Below, piece by piece: positions 1 to 9,146 of a stretch of DNA of 64,000 bases. The translations under genes were made by a program, and so were the position numbers. Below the pieces are notes generated by a model that was not told the DNA's origin, made no database searches, and was given only the letters and a program-made list of their open reading frames with translations. Source of the DNA: Candidatus Eutrophomonas brisbanensis (GTDB lineage: Bacteria; Pseudomonadota; Gammaproteobacteria; Burkholderiales; Eutrophovitaceae); assembly GCA_038141705.1 (NCBI GenBank), contig JAYQIQ010000004.1, forward strand, positions 120,539 through 184,538. Reading direction: 5' to 3'. How positions within the stretch are numbered: the first letter of the stretch is position 1; each line of letters starts with the position of its first letter.

Positions 1-201
1 TCTTGGATAGATGTCAGAGATATGCCTATGGAAAATCCAGCGAACTATTTCGAACAACATGGTGTCGGTCTCTATGATGGGGCTGACTTTGGCGCACCGG
101 GGTTTCTGCGAGTAAACTTTGCGTGCCCAAGGCCGCTACTCAAGTCCGCTATCGATAGAATCACGGACGCGCTTGAAAACGCGGACGCTGAGATACGATA
201 G
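1..201 (+). CDS. 3' end of a PLP-dependent class I/II aminotransferase / C-S lyase (MalY/PatB-like); partial, starts upstream of the window
   Basis: Frame 1 is open from base 1 to TAG at 199-201. It reads ...GADFGAPGFLRVNFACPRPLLKSAIDRITDALENADAEIR*, the typical C-terminal F-x-R-x-N-F-A block of fold-type I aminotransferases. Confidence 0.6.
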   Translation, partial: SWIDVRDMPMENPANYFEQHGVGLYDGADFGAPGFLRVNFACPRPLLKSAIDRITDALENADAEIR

Positions 202-206
202 ATCCG

Positions 207-548
207 TTAGCTTTTATTTTTATCCGACTTCCCCGTGTTAATCGGAAAAATTTGACCAGCCACCCCTAAAAGAACGACTTTCGGCCCTTCGAAACAGCCC
301 AAATCTATTGTGTACAAACTAAATACAAAGTAGTTCTCAAATTCCGGAGAAAAAGGTTCATCTACAAAACAAGGAAGCCCACTCAATAATTCCAGTATGG
401 GCGTCAAAATATTCCCCTCTTTTGACAACATTTTCTTTGCAATTTCATTTTTTGCAATTTTGTCACCAACATACCCCTCAAAGTCATTCTCCGAAGGATT
501 GTTGGCAGCTAAAACAACTGCAAGTATTGCCAATAAAATAAGTTTCAT
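207..548 (-). CDS. Hypothetical small membrane-anchored or secreted protein (DUF4359-like by eye)
   Basis: Track ORF 207..626. The internal Met at 548 gives MKLILLAILAVVLAANN..., a hydrophobic N-terminus. The longer ORF start would overlap the nuclease gene. Confidence 0.4.
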   Translation of the reverse strand: MKLILLAILAVVLAANNPSENDFEGYVGDKIAKNEIAKKMLSKEGNILTPILELLSGLPCFVDEPFSPEFENYFVFSLYTIDLGCFEGPKVVLLGVAGQIFPINTGKSDKNKS

Positions 549-565
549 CTCTAATGAACCCCTAT

Positions 566-1030
566 CTACTTTCTCTTCTGCTGCCGACGCCAATCCCAAG
601 GTGAGACAGGTGATGCTTCGGCCCACAAACCTAACTTATCTTTTCTTGCCTTACTCTCTGCCTCTGCATAAACCTCACGATCACCTGGTGACTGATCTTT
701 TGAATATGCCCGATACCACCAAGCGTTTCCCAACTCCAATTGCCGCAAATTCATGTCGGCTCCATCAAAAAATATCTTACACAACCAACGCTTGTAACGA
801 TCTTTTTTCTCACACCTCGCTTTGATTTGTTTACCTTCAATAGTCTCTTCTAGATAATTTTTAGATACTAGGCCATGCGGCTGATCTTTCTCCGGAGCAT
901 CAATTCCCACCAATCTTATTTTTATCTTGTCCCCGTTCTTAACTAACACCGTAACGGTGTCGCCATCCGCCACCCGAGTCACAGTCCCGGTAAACTCTTC
1001 GGCCTCGCGTCGAAATGGACACCCCAACAA
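566..1030 (-). CDS. Staphylococcal (thermo)nuclease-like SNase-domain protein, probably a lipoprotein whose signal peptide is out of frame
   Basis: The ORF reads TVTRVADGDTVTVL..IRLVGIDAPEKDQP..., the SNase fold signature. The in-frame upstream extension reads FFFLSFLLGC (a lipobox) but has no start codon. The only ATG (1065-1067) is 37 nt upstream, so it is one base out of frame across a T-rich run. Confidence 0.75.
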   Translation of the reverse strand: MLGCPFRREAEEFTGTVTRVADGDTVTVLVKNGDKIKIRLVGIDAPEKDQPHGLVSKNYLEETIEGKQIKARCEKKDRYKRWLCKIFFDGADMNLRQLELGNAWWYRAYSKDQSPGDREVYAEAESKARKDKLGLWAEASPVSPWDWRRQQKRK

Positions 1031-1152
1031 GAAAGATAAGAAAAAGAAATCTAAGTAGAAAGTTCATATTTAAATTCAATCAGTATTACCAATAACCGAT
1101 CGGTATTTTCTGATAATGTTTCCAAATTATTGCTGCCATATTTGGAATAACC

Positions 1153-1548
1153 ATGCCCGCTATCGGAATGAATCATTTCACTATCTTGACTAACGACCTC
1201 GATAAGACACTTGAATTTTATAACGACTTACTAGGCTTAGTACCAGGAGACCGACCACCACTGCCGTTTCCGGGCGCTTGGCTCTATGCTGGCGAACAGG
1301 CCGTGCTTCACGTGATTGCTGGGCGTCAACTGCCAGCTAATGCCGCGGGCGTTATCGACCACATGGCATTTTCGGCAGAGAATCTAATTGAGACAGTCAA
1401 TAAGCTCGAAGCAAGAGGGTTAGAGTATGCCCTACGCCAAGTCACGCCCAAAGACCCCTGGCAACTTTTCTTTCACGACCCCTCGGGGGCAAAGGTAGAA
1501 CTAGACTACCCGAGTGACGAGGCCCTTCCAGCAACAAACCAGTCTTAA
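1153..1548 (+). CDS. VOC-family protein (glyoxalase / bleomycin resistance / extradiol dioxygenase fold)
   Basis: 131 aa, starting MNHFTILTNDLDKTLEFYNDLLGL... with the later HMAF and FFHDPSGAKVEL blocks typical of VOC domains. Confidence 0.75.
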   Translation: MPAIGMNHFTILTNDLDKTLEFYNDLLGLVPGDRPPLPFPGAWLYAGEQAVLHVIAGRQLPANAAGVIDHMAFSAENLIETVNKLEARGLEYALRQVTPKDPWQLFFHDPSGAKVELDYPSDEALPATNQS

Positions 1549-1775
1549 TTCTGTTTGTTTTCCTGCTGTTGATACGTAGATTCTTCGGCGCTTGAAGAAT
1601 CTTCGGTGGAATTAGCTTCTTTTATTTTTTCAATCGGAATATTTCGCTCGTTCTTATAGTATTCGATCCAATTATTCACGTTGCCCTCTTCGATTTCGAT
1701 TGCGGCATCCTTAGCACCAATAATTTGGATATCAATCAATAGTGCAAAAAGAATCGATAATATCAGCCTGAACAC
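1545..1775 (-). CDS. Hypothetical small secreted protein
   Basis: 76 aa with a hydrophobic N-terminus (MFRLILSILFALLI) and an acidic, low-complexity tail. No recognisable family. Confidence 0.3.
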   Translation of the reverse strand: MFRLILSILFALLIDIQIIGAKDAAIEIEEGNVNNWIEYYKNERNIPIEKIKEANSTEDSSSAEESTYQQQENKQN

Positions 1776-1927
1776 TTATATTCGCTCCCAACTAGAACCT
1801 ATCACTAACCAACCGTTGGTTAATTTTTTTTGCTTATCTCATCGTGATTTTGCAGTGCACATTGTCTGCATAAACTGAGAGGTGTATGTTGAGATCATAA
1901 TAAAAAATCATATCTTCGGGGGAATTT

Positions 1928-2296
1928 ATGAGATTTGTTTTGATCTTTCTAGCGGTCGGGCTGCTGCCAACTAACGTCCTTTCTGACCAACTCCAAGAGG
2001 TGCAATTGACACAGCAAGAGTGTATGGAGGGTGGAGACTTCATAAAAAATGCGGCATTCTCTAGAGATAACGGTGTTGATCGTGAATTTTTTTTAGGTAT
2101 ACTCGAGGAGGATATTGAAGTCATCCGGTCCTTCCCCATTAATCTTCGATGGTTTGTTAAAGGACCGAGTTCGGAGCTACTACTAAAGTCTGCTGCGAAA
2201 GAAGTATTCGACTTTCCTACAACGCCCAGAAGGCATCAGATAAATTTCATTGATCAATGCCTTGAGTCTCCAGATTGGAGACTCAGATCACTCTGA
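1928..2296 (+). CDS. Hypothetical secreted protein
   Basis: 122 aa with a signal-like N-terminus (MRFVLIFLAVGLLPTNVLS). No recognisable family. Confidence 0.35.
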   Translation: MRFVLIFLAVGLLPTNVLSDQLQEVQLTQQECMEGGDFIKNAAFSRDNGVDREFFLGILEEDIEVIRSFPINLRWFVKGPSSELLLKSAAKEVFDFPTTPRRHQINFIDQCLESPDWRLRSL

Positions 2297-2346
2297 CAAC
2301 TTCAGGTCTGATGATTATTGAAGCGTTTATTTAAGAGGGAGAGGAA

Positions 2347-2423
2347 TGGCGCGCCCGGCAGGAATCGAACCCACGACCCCCTGGTTCGAAGCCAGGTACT
2401 CTATCCAGCTGAGCTACGGGCGC
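2347..2423 (-). tRNA. tRNA-Arg (anticodon UCG)
   Basis: The reverse complement is GCGCCCGTAGCTCAGCTGGATAGAGTACCTGGCTTCGAACCAGGGGGTCGTGGGTTCGATTCCTGCCGGGCGCGCCA. It folds as a cloverleaf with anticodon loop CT-TCG-AA and an encoded CCA. Confidence 0.9.
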
Positions 2424-2437
2424 GTTTAGCAATCTTC

Positions 2438-2514
2438 TGGCGCGCCCGACACGATTCGAACGTGTGACCCCCTGCTTCGTAGGCAGATACTCTATCCAGC
2501 TGAGCTACGGGCGC
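2438..2514 (-). tRNA. tRNA-Arg (anticodon ACG)
   Basis: The reverse complement is GCGCCCGTAGCTCAGCTGGATAGAGTATCTGCCTACGAAGCAGGGGGTCACACGTTCGAATCGTGTCGGGCGCGCCA. The anticodon loop is CT-ACG-AA and CCA is encoded. Confidence 0.9.
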
Positions 2515-2633
2515 GCAGAGCATGCGAGTATAGCAAAAGTGTCTCCATCAGTGCATTGAGATTAGTAAAATAGGCGATAAATAATATAAAATTACGCCCT
2601 TTTCCTCGGGTAAAAAGGTATTTTTCGTTTCTC

Positions 2634-3884
2634 ATGGCACTAATTGTTCAAAAATATGGTGGCACCTCGGTGGGTTCAGTCGAAAGAATCCAGAACGTCG
2701 CACGTCGTGTCGCTAAATGGAAAAACGCTGGGCATGATGTTGTAGTCGTGGTTTCCGCTATGTCCGGTGAGACCAATCGCCTGATTGATCTTGCTCGAGC
2801 GATTCAGCCGATACCAGATCGTAGGGAACTCGACGTGGTCGCGTCGACAGGCGAACAGGTAACGATCGGGCTTTTATCCATGGCGCTAATGAGCCTTGGA
2901 GTACCCGCCAAATCTTACAATGGAAGTCAGGTACGGCTATTAACCGACAGCGCTCACACAAAGGCGAGAATTCTCGAAATTGACAATAAAAACATTCAAG
3001 CTGACCTGCGTCGCGGAAAAGTAGTGGTTGTTGCCGGGTTTCAGGGTGTGGACGCTGAGGGCAATATAACTACTCTCGGACGCGGGGGCTCTGATACTTC
3101 TGGCGTCGCTATTGCGGCGGCTTTGGGGGCAGATGAGTGCCAAATTTTCACGGATGTCGACGGCGTATACACCACAGACCCAAGATTAGTGCCTGAAGCG
3201 AGGCGCCTCAGTACGATAACGTTTGAGGAAATGCTTGAAATGGCTAGCTTGGGATCCAAAGTTCTTCAGATCCGCTCAGTTGAATTTGCGGGAAAATATA
3301 AAGTTAAGCTTCGCGTATTGTCTAGTCTTACCGACCCTGATATCGCACTTAATGAAGCGGAAAACTCTGGAACGTTAATTACTTTCGAGGAAGATAAAAT
3401 GAGGGAGACCGCTCTTGTATCCGGCAGCGCCTTTAATAGAGATGAAGCCAAAGTAACAGTACTTGGCGTCCCTGATACTCCAGGGGTCGCTTTTAAGATT
3501 CTCAAACCAATATCGGACGCAAATATCGAAGTCGATGTGATTGTGCAAAACGTCAGCACGGATGGAAAAACCGACTTTTCGTTCACCGTTCATCGTAACG
3601 ACTATGAGCGCACTCTCGAGAACTTGAAGATTGTTGCGAAGGACATCGGAGCACGCGACGTTACCGGAGACGACAAAATTTGTAAGGTTGGGTTAGTCGG
3701 CGTTGGTATGCGGTCGCATGTTGGTGTCGCGAGCAAGATGTTTGAAGCCCTATCGAAGGAAGGAGTCAATATTCAGATGATTTCGACATCTGAGATCAAA
3801 ATCACTGCGGTTATTGATGAAAAATATATGGAGTTAGCAGTGAGAGCGCTTCATCAAGCATTCGATTTAGCTACTTCAAACTAG
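2634..3884 (+). CDS. lysC: Aspartate kinase (monofunctional, with C-terminal ACT domains)
   Basis: 416 aa, starting MALIVQKYGGTSVGSVERIQNVA.., with VVVVSAMSGETNRL and GRGGSDTS motifs. Confidence 0.95.
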   Translation: MALIVQKYGGTSVGSVERIQNVARRVAKWKNAGHDVVVVVSAMSGETNRLIDLARAIQPIPDRRELDVVASTGEQVTIGLLSMALMSLGVPAKSYNGSQVRLLTDSAHTKARILEIDNKNIQADLRRGKVVVVAGFQGVDAEGNITTLGRGGSDTSGVAIAAALGADECQIFTDVDGVYTTDPRLVPEARRLSTITFEEMLEMASLGSKVLQIRSVEFAGKYKVKLRVLSSLTDPDIALNEAENSGTLITFEEDKMRETALVSGSAFNRDEAKVTVLGVPDTPGVAFKILKPISDANIEVDVIVQNVSTDGKTDFSFTVHRNDYERTLENLKIVAKDIGARDVTGDDKICKVGLVGVGMRSHVGVASKMFEALSKEGVNIQMISTSEIKITAVIDEKYMELAVRALHQAFDLATSN

Positions 3885-3949
3885 CGCGGCAGGGCTCATT
3901 CCAATACAATATTGCCCAAGAGTGATACGTATCTCGTCGCAGACGAGAT

Positions 3950-4042
3950 GGAGAGTTGGCCGAGTGGCTGAAGGCGCTCCCCTGCTAAGGGAGTATAGGG
4001 TTTATAGCCCTATCGAGGGTTCGAATCCCTCACTCTCCGCCA
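3950..4042 (+). tRNA. tRNA-Ser (anticodon GCU)
   Basis: GGAGAGTTGGCCGAGTGGCTGAAGGCGCTCCCCTGCTAAGGGAG...GGTTCGAATCCCTCACTCTCCGCCA. It has a long variable arm and anticodon loop CT-GCT-AA. Confidence 0.9.
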
Positions 4043-4077
4043 AATTTAGAGAGATTCTCTCCCTGACAGCTTGGCCA

Positions 4078-4577
4078 TCACACTTCATTCGTCTTCCTCA
4101 GCAATAGAACCGACACGGACGCGGCAATTCCCTCCTCGCGTCCAATCGTCCCAAGACGCTCGGTCGTTTTAGCTTTTACGTTGATTAGATTTTTTCGAGA
4201 TTTAGCAGCTTGCCTAAACGCGTCTTAATTTGATCGATATAACTCCGCAGTCGTGGTCGCTGAGCATATACAGTAGCATCTACATTACTAATGATGTAGT
4301 TCTGCGCATAAACCAAATCTAGCGCATGCAAAACAAACTGACTACTATCTGCACCTCTCCACTTCGGATCATCATCGGGAAAATGTGTTCCTATATCGTC
4401 AGCTCCCAAAGCGCCGAGTAACGCGTCGCAAAGCGCATGTAAGAGCACATCTGCATCTGAGTGCCCGTCGAGACCTTTTTCATGAGGCACTGAGACTCCT
4501 CCAATAAGAAGCTCTTTACCGTCCACTAGGCGATGTATGTCGAAACCTTCGCCAATCTTGATATCACCTGCTTTCAG
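4078..4577 (-). pseudogene. ispF: 2-C-methyl-D-erythritol 2,4-cyclodiphosphate synthase; reading frame interrupted near the 3' end (probable homopolymer indel)
   Basis: ORF 4185..4526 has the IspF core (LLIGGVSVPHEKGLDGHSDADVLLHALCDALLGA). The same frame continues upstream as IKIGEGFDIHRLVDGKE, with only CTG 4575-4577 (overlapping the ispD TGA) or GTG 4526 as possible starts. The C-terminus INVKAKTTERLGTIGREEGIAASVSV..NEV* lies in another frame (stop 4078-4080). The two frames join if the T6 run at 4190-4195 were T7. Confidence 0.8.
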
Positions 4578-5276
4578 GCCAACCTCCCCTTAAGAATTGA
4601 TTCAGCGCGCGAAATATCACCTGAGAATGTGATCTTTATATTATCAGGAGAGGATTCAACAAGGCGTGAACTTAAACCAATCCCCTCAATGGCTCCTGAC
4701 TCATCTGTGATTTTATCAAGATCGCACGTATTCAAGGCCCGCAAAAGCAACTCGAATCGAAACATTTGCGGCGTTTGAGCAGCCCACAACCTTTCTCTAG
4801 AGACCGTCTCAGAAACAAAGCTCTCAGACGGTTGCTAGCTTTAGAGTATCTGATACCGGGATAGCCAATAAACCACCGACCTCTTCATTCTGAAGAGAAT
4901 TTATTAGCTTTTGTATCAACTCCACCGTGATCAACGGCCGAGCCGCATCGTGGACCAAAACCCAATCTTTGGGATCGACATCATTTTCTATCTTTATAAG
5001 CGCATTTCGAACCGTCTCTGCCCTTGTAGCTCCACCCAATTTAAGAACTCGAACCTTTCTGCCATTAGTCTCCAGACTAAGGGATTCAACATATTGATCT
5101 TCAGGAGACACAACTACGTAAACGGATTCGATGCATGCTTGACTAGAAAAAGTATCGACTGATCTTTTTAGAACAGGGACGCCTCCTAACTCGGCGTACT
5201 GCTTAGATGGTCCGCTGCTTCCGCGAAAACGAGACCCATGGCCTGCAGCCGGAATGATTACGTGATATCTGTTCAT
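4574..5276 (-). pseudogene. ispD: 2-C-methyl-D-erythritol 4-phosphate cytidylyltransferase; reading frame interrupted mid-gene
   Basis: ORF 4824..5276 (MNRYHVIIPAAGHGSRF...) is the N-terminal half. ORF 4574..4789 (..LWAAQTPQMFRFELL..) is the C-terminal half in a different frame. Extending the second frame upstream gives SESFVSETVSRERLWAAQTPQ. The frame switch must lie within 4824-4834. Confidence 0.8.
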
Positions 5277-5386
5277 TTAATAGTTAATCCTAAGAGGTAC
5301 GACAATTATACGATTGATAACCAAATGCTAAGCGTAACAGGAGTAGGTAATTTATAATCCGGCCCTTTTACGCGATTTATCAGGTT

Positions 5387-8300
5387 TTGGCGAATAGTAT
5401 TGCTCACCCTATAAAAAATAGTTTACGGATAGCATCTAGGTCTGGAGGGGGATTTTTGATTCCGAAATTCGTATCGGAATCAGATTCGCCAGTGGTGCTC
5501 TTCGTTTCAGAGCCCTCGGATGCAATCAAGCGCTTTGCAGAAATAACATTTTTCAATCCGTCTCTACGCGTGCGGACTTTACCTGATTGGGAAACCCTTC
5601 CTTATGACGCATTTTCTCCGCATCAAGACTTGGTATCTGAGCGCCTTGAGACACTCTATCACCTGACTGAGGAAAAAGTGGACCTGCTTATCGTCCCCGT
5701 TTCGACAGCACTCCATAAGATCGCACCAAAAACGTATTTCAGCCAAAACGTTTTCTTATTGAACGTAGGTGAGCACTTATCTCAAGAGAATTTCAGAGAT
5801 CATTTAAGTAACGCTGGATACGAGCCTGTATCTCAAGTCGTAACGCCTGGTGAGTACAGCATCCGGGGAAGCATCATCGATGTTTTTCCTATGGGAAGTA
5901 TTCTTCCGTATCGGATCGATCTCCTGGATGATGAAATAGATAGCATAAGAACATTCGATGTAGACACGCAGAGGAGTATTTATAAAATTAATGAAATTCG
6001 CGTACTTCCCGCACGAGAATTTCCCACCAACGAAGATGCTATAACTCTATTTCGATCAAATTATCGCGAAATGATCGATGGAGACCCAACTAAGAGTCTC
6101 ATTTATCGAGAGGTATCAAAAGGATCTTTCCCCAGTGGCATCGAATACTATTTACCGCTTTTCTTTAATGACACAGGAACAATATTTAATTACATACCAG
6201 GAAATGCAAAATTAATATACGACCACGATGCATTGAGTGCTATCCAAAATTTTTGGAATGAAACTGAATCTCGATATCGTTTACTGAGAGCCGACTCCGA
6301 GCGCCCATTACTTGACCCGGGCTTTCTTTTCTTGAGGGAAGATCAATTTTTCGGGCAATTGAAATTGTTCGATAGAACTGAGCTCGAATTTTTGGATACC
6401 TCAAATGAGATCTTCTCTAAGCTACCCGATATATCGGTTAACCGACGATTAAAAAATCCGCTTGAGAATTTAAAAAACTTTTTAGAAATCCATGAAGGAA
6501 GATGCGTCCTCATAGCAGATAGCCCGGGGAGAAAAGAAACCATAAGCGAGCTTCTCGGAGCGAATAATATCCCCTTCACCAATGCTGACGACTGGGACAA
6601 GTGCATTAACTCGACGACTCGGTTTTGCGTCACAAATGGAACTATTGATACTGGGTTTATCTATACACCTGATAAATTAGCCGTCATCACCGAAGGGGAA
6701 CTATACCCACAACAGACTCGAGGACGAGGTAGGAATAGACCTTCAACGTCTCCTGAAAATGTTATTCGTGATCTTTCAGAAATTCGAATTGGAGACCCTA
6801 TCGTGCATCTGAATCACGGTATCGGGCGCTACAAAGAGCTCAGCACAATGGATCTTGGAGAGGGGGCTTCTGACTTTTTATGCATTGAATATGCTGAAGG
6901 ATCGGTTCTTTATGTACCAGTCGGGCAGCTTGATCTCGTAAGCCGCTACTCGGGTGGCCCACCCGAGCTCGCGCCCCTACACAAGCTCGGGACTGATAAG
7001 TGGGATAAAGCCAAAAGAAAGGCCGCTGAAAAAATTAGAGATACGGCTGCCGAACTTTTGGGGATATATGCTCAGCGAGCGGCACTGCCTGGTAGGAGCC
7101 ATTCCTTAGATCGGGATATGTATGAGGCATTTTGTGAAGAATTTCCGTTTGAGGAAACCGTCGATCAACAAGCAGCCATTGCCGCCACCATAGAAGACCT
7201 GCAAGCACCGAAACCAATGGATAGGCTAATCTGCGGCGATGTTGGATTTGGAAAAACCGAAGTCGCACTGAGAGCCGCTTTTGTCGCAGTTTCGAATAAT
7301 TATCAAGTGGCGGTTCTAGTCCCTACTACCCTCCTAGCTGAACAGCACTATCAAACCTTTGTCGATCGCTTCAAAGACACTCCAGTGAGAATCGCAGAGC
7401 TCTCTAGATTTCGGAGCAAACTTCAAATCGAGGAGACTAGCAACAATTTAGAAAGCGGAAAAATTGACATCGTTATTGGAACACACAAAATTCTTTCTAA
7501 AGATGTTCGATTCAAAAATCTTGGCTTAGTAATAATTGACGAGGAACACCGCTTTGGTGTTCGACAGAAAGAGGCGTTAAAAGCACTCAGAACCGAGGTG
7601 GATATTCTGACTCTCACGGCGACGCCAATTCCAAGGACACTCGCGATGTCTATGGAGGGCCTCAGAGATTTATCGGTCATAGCGACACCTCCTAGAAGGC
7701 GTCTCGCCATAAAAACATTCGTCAGTCCCTATAGCGAAGGGCTTGTGCGAGAAGCAATTATTCGGGAATTGAAACGTGGCGGACAAATTTTTTATCTCTA
7801 TAACGAAGTCGATTCTATTGAATCGGCTCGAGAAAAACTCCTAAGTATTATCCCAAGCGCAACCGTACGTATTGCGCATGGACAGATGCGAGAGCGCGAA
7901 CTTGAGAACGTCATGAGGGACTTTTATCGAGGTCGTTTTAACATCCTTTTGTGTACAACAATTATCGAAACGGGCATTGATATACCGAATGCCAATACGA
8001 TTATCATCGATCGAGCTGATAAGTTCGGGCTAGCTCAGTTGCATCAACTTCGAGGGCGTGTCGGCCGCTCCCATCACCAGGCATTCGCGTATTTACTAAC
8101 CCCCCGCGGAGTTCCCCTGAAAGGTCAAGCCAAGAAACGTCTTGAGGCAATCCAAATGATGGAGGAACTAGGTTCCGGATTTTTCCTTGCCATGCATGAT
8201 TTGGAGATCCGTGGCGCCGGTGAGGTATTGGGCGACACACAGAGTGGTGATCTTCAAGAGATTGGGTATCAACTCTATACCGATATGCTAAACAGAGCAG

Positions 8301-8812
8301 TCAAATCACTCAAAAACGGAAAAGAGCCAATTCTGAATCTTCAGCTGCAAGATAGTACTGACATCAACCTACACACACCGACACTTTTACCCAACCACTA
8401 TTGCCCCAATGTTCATCAACGTTTGATCATGTACAAACGCTTAGCTGGCGCTACTTCTTTTGATGAGTTGGAAAATATTCAGGAAGAAATAATAGATCGA
8501 TTCGGACCCATCCCGCCAGAAACAAAATCGCTAATTAATAATCACAGACTAAGAATACTAGGACAAGATCTTGGCGTCACGAAAATCGACTCGAATGGTA
8601 CAAAATCAACTATTCAGTTTCTATCAGAACCTAAAGTTGACCCCATGAACATCATAGAGTGCGTTCAACGAAGGGATGACGTTAGATTTTCCGGGCCAGA
8701 TCGTATTCTACTCACGAGTGATGAAGATTCAGTGGATCGCCGGTTCGCAGGCATATTAACCCTGCTCACAGAAATACAAGCTGGTGAAGCGTTAAACTAT
8801 CTCCCGAGTTAG
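5387..8812 (+). CDS. mfd: Transcription-repair coupling factor
   Basis: 1141 aa with superfamily 2 helicase motifs (GDVGFGKTEVALRAAF, DEEHRFGV), a CarD-like region and a TRCF C-terminal domain. Confidence 0.95.
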   Translation: MANSIAHPIKNSLRIASRSGGGFLIPKFVSESDSPVVLFVSEPSDAIKRFAEITFFNPSLRVRTLPDWETLPYDAFSPHQDLVSERLETLYHLTEEKVDLLIVPVSTALHKIAPKTYFSQNVFLLNVGEHLSQENFRDHLSNAGYEPVSQVVTPGEYSIRGSIIDVFPMGSILPYRIDLLDDEIDSIRTFDVDTQRSIYKINEIRVLPAREFPTNEDAITLFRSNYREMIDGDPTKSLIYREVSKGSFPSGIEYYLPLFFNDTGTIFNYIPGNAKLIYDHDALSAIQNFWNETESRYRLLRADSERPLLDPGFLFLREDQFFGQLKLFDRTELEFLDTSNEIFSKLPDISVNRRLKNPLENLKNFLEIHEGRCVLIADSPGRKETISELLGANNIPFTNADDWDKCINSTTRFCVTNGTIDTGFIYTPDKLAVITEGELYPQQTRGRGRNRPSTSPENVIRDLSEIRIGDPIVHLNHGIGRYKELSTMDLGEGASDFLCIEYAEGSVLYVPVGQLDLVSRYSGGPPELAPLHKLGTDKWDKAKRKAAEKIRDTAAELLGIYAQRAALPGRSHSLDRDMYEAFCEEFPFEETVDQQAAIAATIEDLQAPKPMDRLICGDVGFGKTEVALRAAFVAVSNNYQVAVLVPTTLLAEQHYQTFVDRFKDTPVRIAELSRFRSKLQIEETSNNLESGKIDIVIGTHKILSKDVRFKNLGLVIIDEEHRFGVRQKEALKALRTEVDILTLTATPIPRTLAMSMEGLRDLSVIATPPRRRLAIKTFVSPYSEGLVREAIIRELKRGGQIFYLYNEVDSIESAREKLLSIIPSATVRIAHGQMRERELENVMRDFYRGRFNILLCTTIIETGIDIPNANTIIIDRADKFGLAQLHQLRGRVGRSHHQAFAYLLTPRGVPLKGQAKKRLEAIQMMEELGSGFFLAMHDLEIRGAGEVLGDTQSGDLQEIGYQLYTDMLNRAVKSLKNGKEPILNLQLQDSTDINLHTPTLLPNHYCPNVHQRLIMYKRLAGATSFDELENIQEEIIDRFGPIPPETKSLINNHRLRILGQDLGVTKIDSNGTKSTIQFLSEPKVDPMNIIECVQRRDDVRFSGPDRILLTSDEDSVDRRFAGILTLLTEIQAGEALNYLPS

Positions 8813-9128
8813 TCCCAGCGATCATCCTTAATAAAAATATTACCCGCCTCCACTTTAACCGGAAACGCATGTATATCCTCCCAGGCGGGGGCGCAGTGAC
8901 CTTGCCGGTTTTAACTGAAAAACGAGCTCCGTGTCGTGGGCAGATAATCTCATCACCCTCTAGAGGACAGCCACTCAAAACCGCACCATCATGCGTACAG
9001 ATGTCCTCTACCGCATAAAAGTTTCCATCAATATGGTATGTGACTACTAATGTTCCATCGAGATTGACCTGGAGCCAACCACTAGAAACTACATCATCAA
9101 CTTTTCCGACTTCAATCCAATCAGACAT
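8809..9128 (-). pseudogene. Rieske [2Fe-2S] ferredoxin-like protein at the end of the suf locus; frameshifted near the C-terminus
   Basis: It carries the CTHDG...CPRHGARF Rieske motif. After ..KVTAPP the track ORF runs into non-homologous sequence. The alternative frame reads WEDIHAFPVKVEAGNIFIKDDRWD* (stop 8809-8811). The frames join if the G5 run at 8887-8891 were G6. Confidence 0.75.
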
Positions 9129-9146
9129 TTTTCTGGCTCAGCGAAA

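Noticed and set aside
2515-2633. A possible lysine riboswitch (L-box) in the lysC leader.
   Set aside because: Only about 118 nt are available between the tRNA and the lysC start, which is too short for an L-box of about 180 nt. I could not find its conserved helices or core motifs by eye.
3931-3949. The hairpin ATCTCGT-CGCAG-ACGAGAT after lysC as a terminator.
   Set aside because: It has no T-run and abuts the tRNA-Ser 5' end directly. It may be a processing or structural element, but support for an intrinsic terminator is weak.
4574-4592. A bifunctional IspDF fusion protein.
   Set aside because: The IspD frame ends at TGA 4574-4576, and the IspF frame is closed upstream by TAA at 4590-4592. 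The two are separate, overlapping cistrons, not a fusion.
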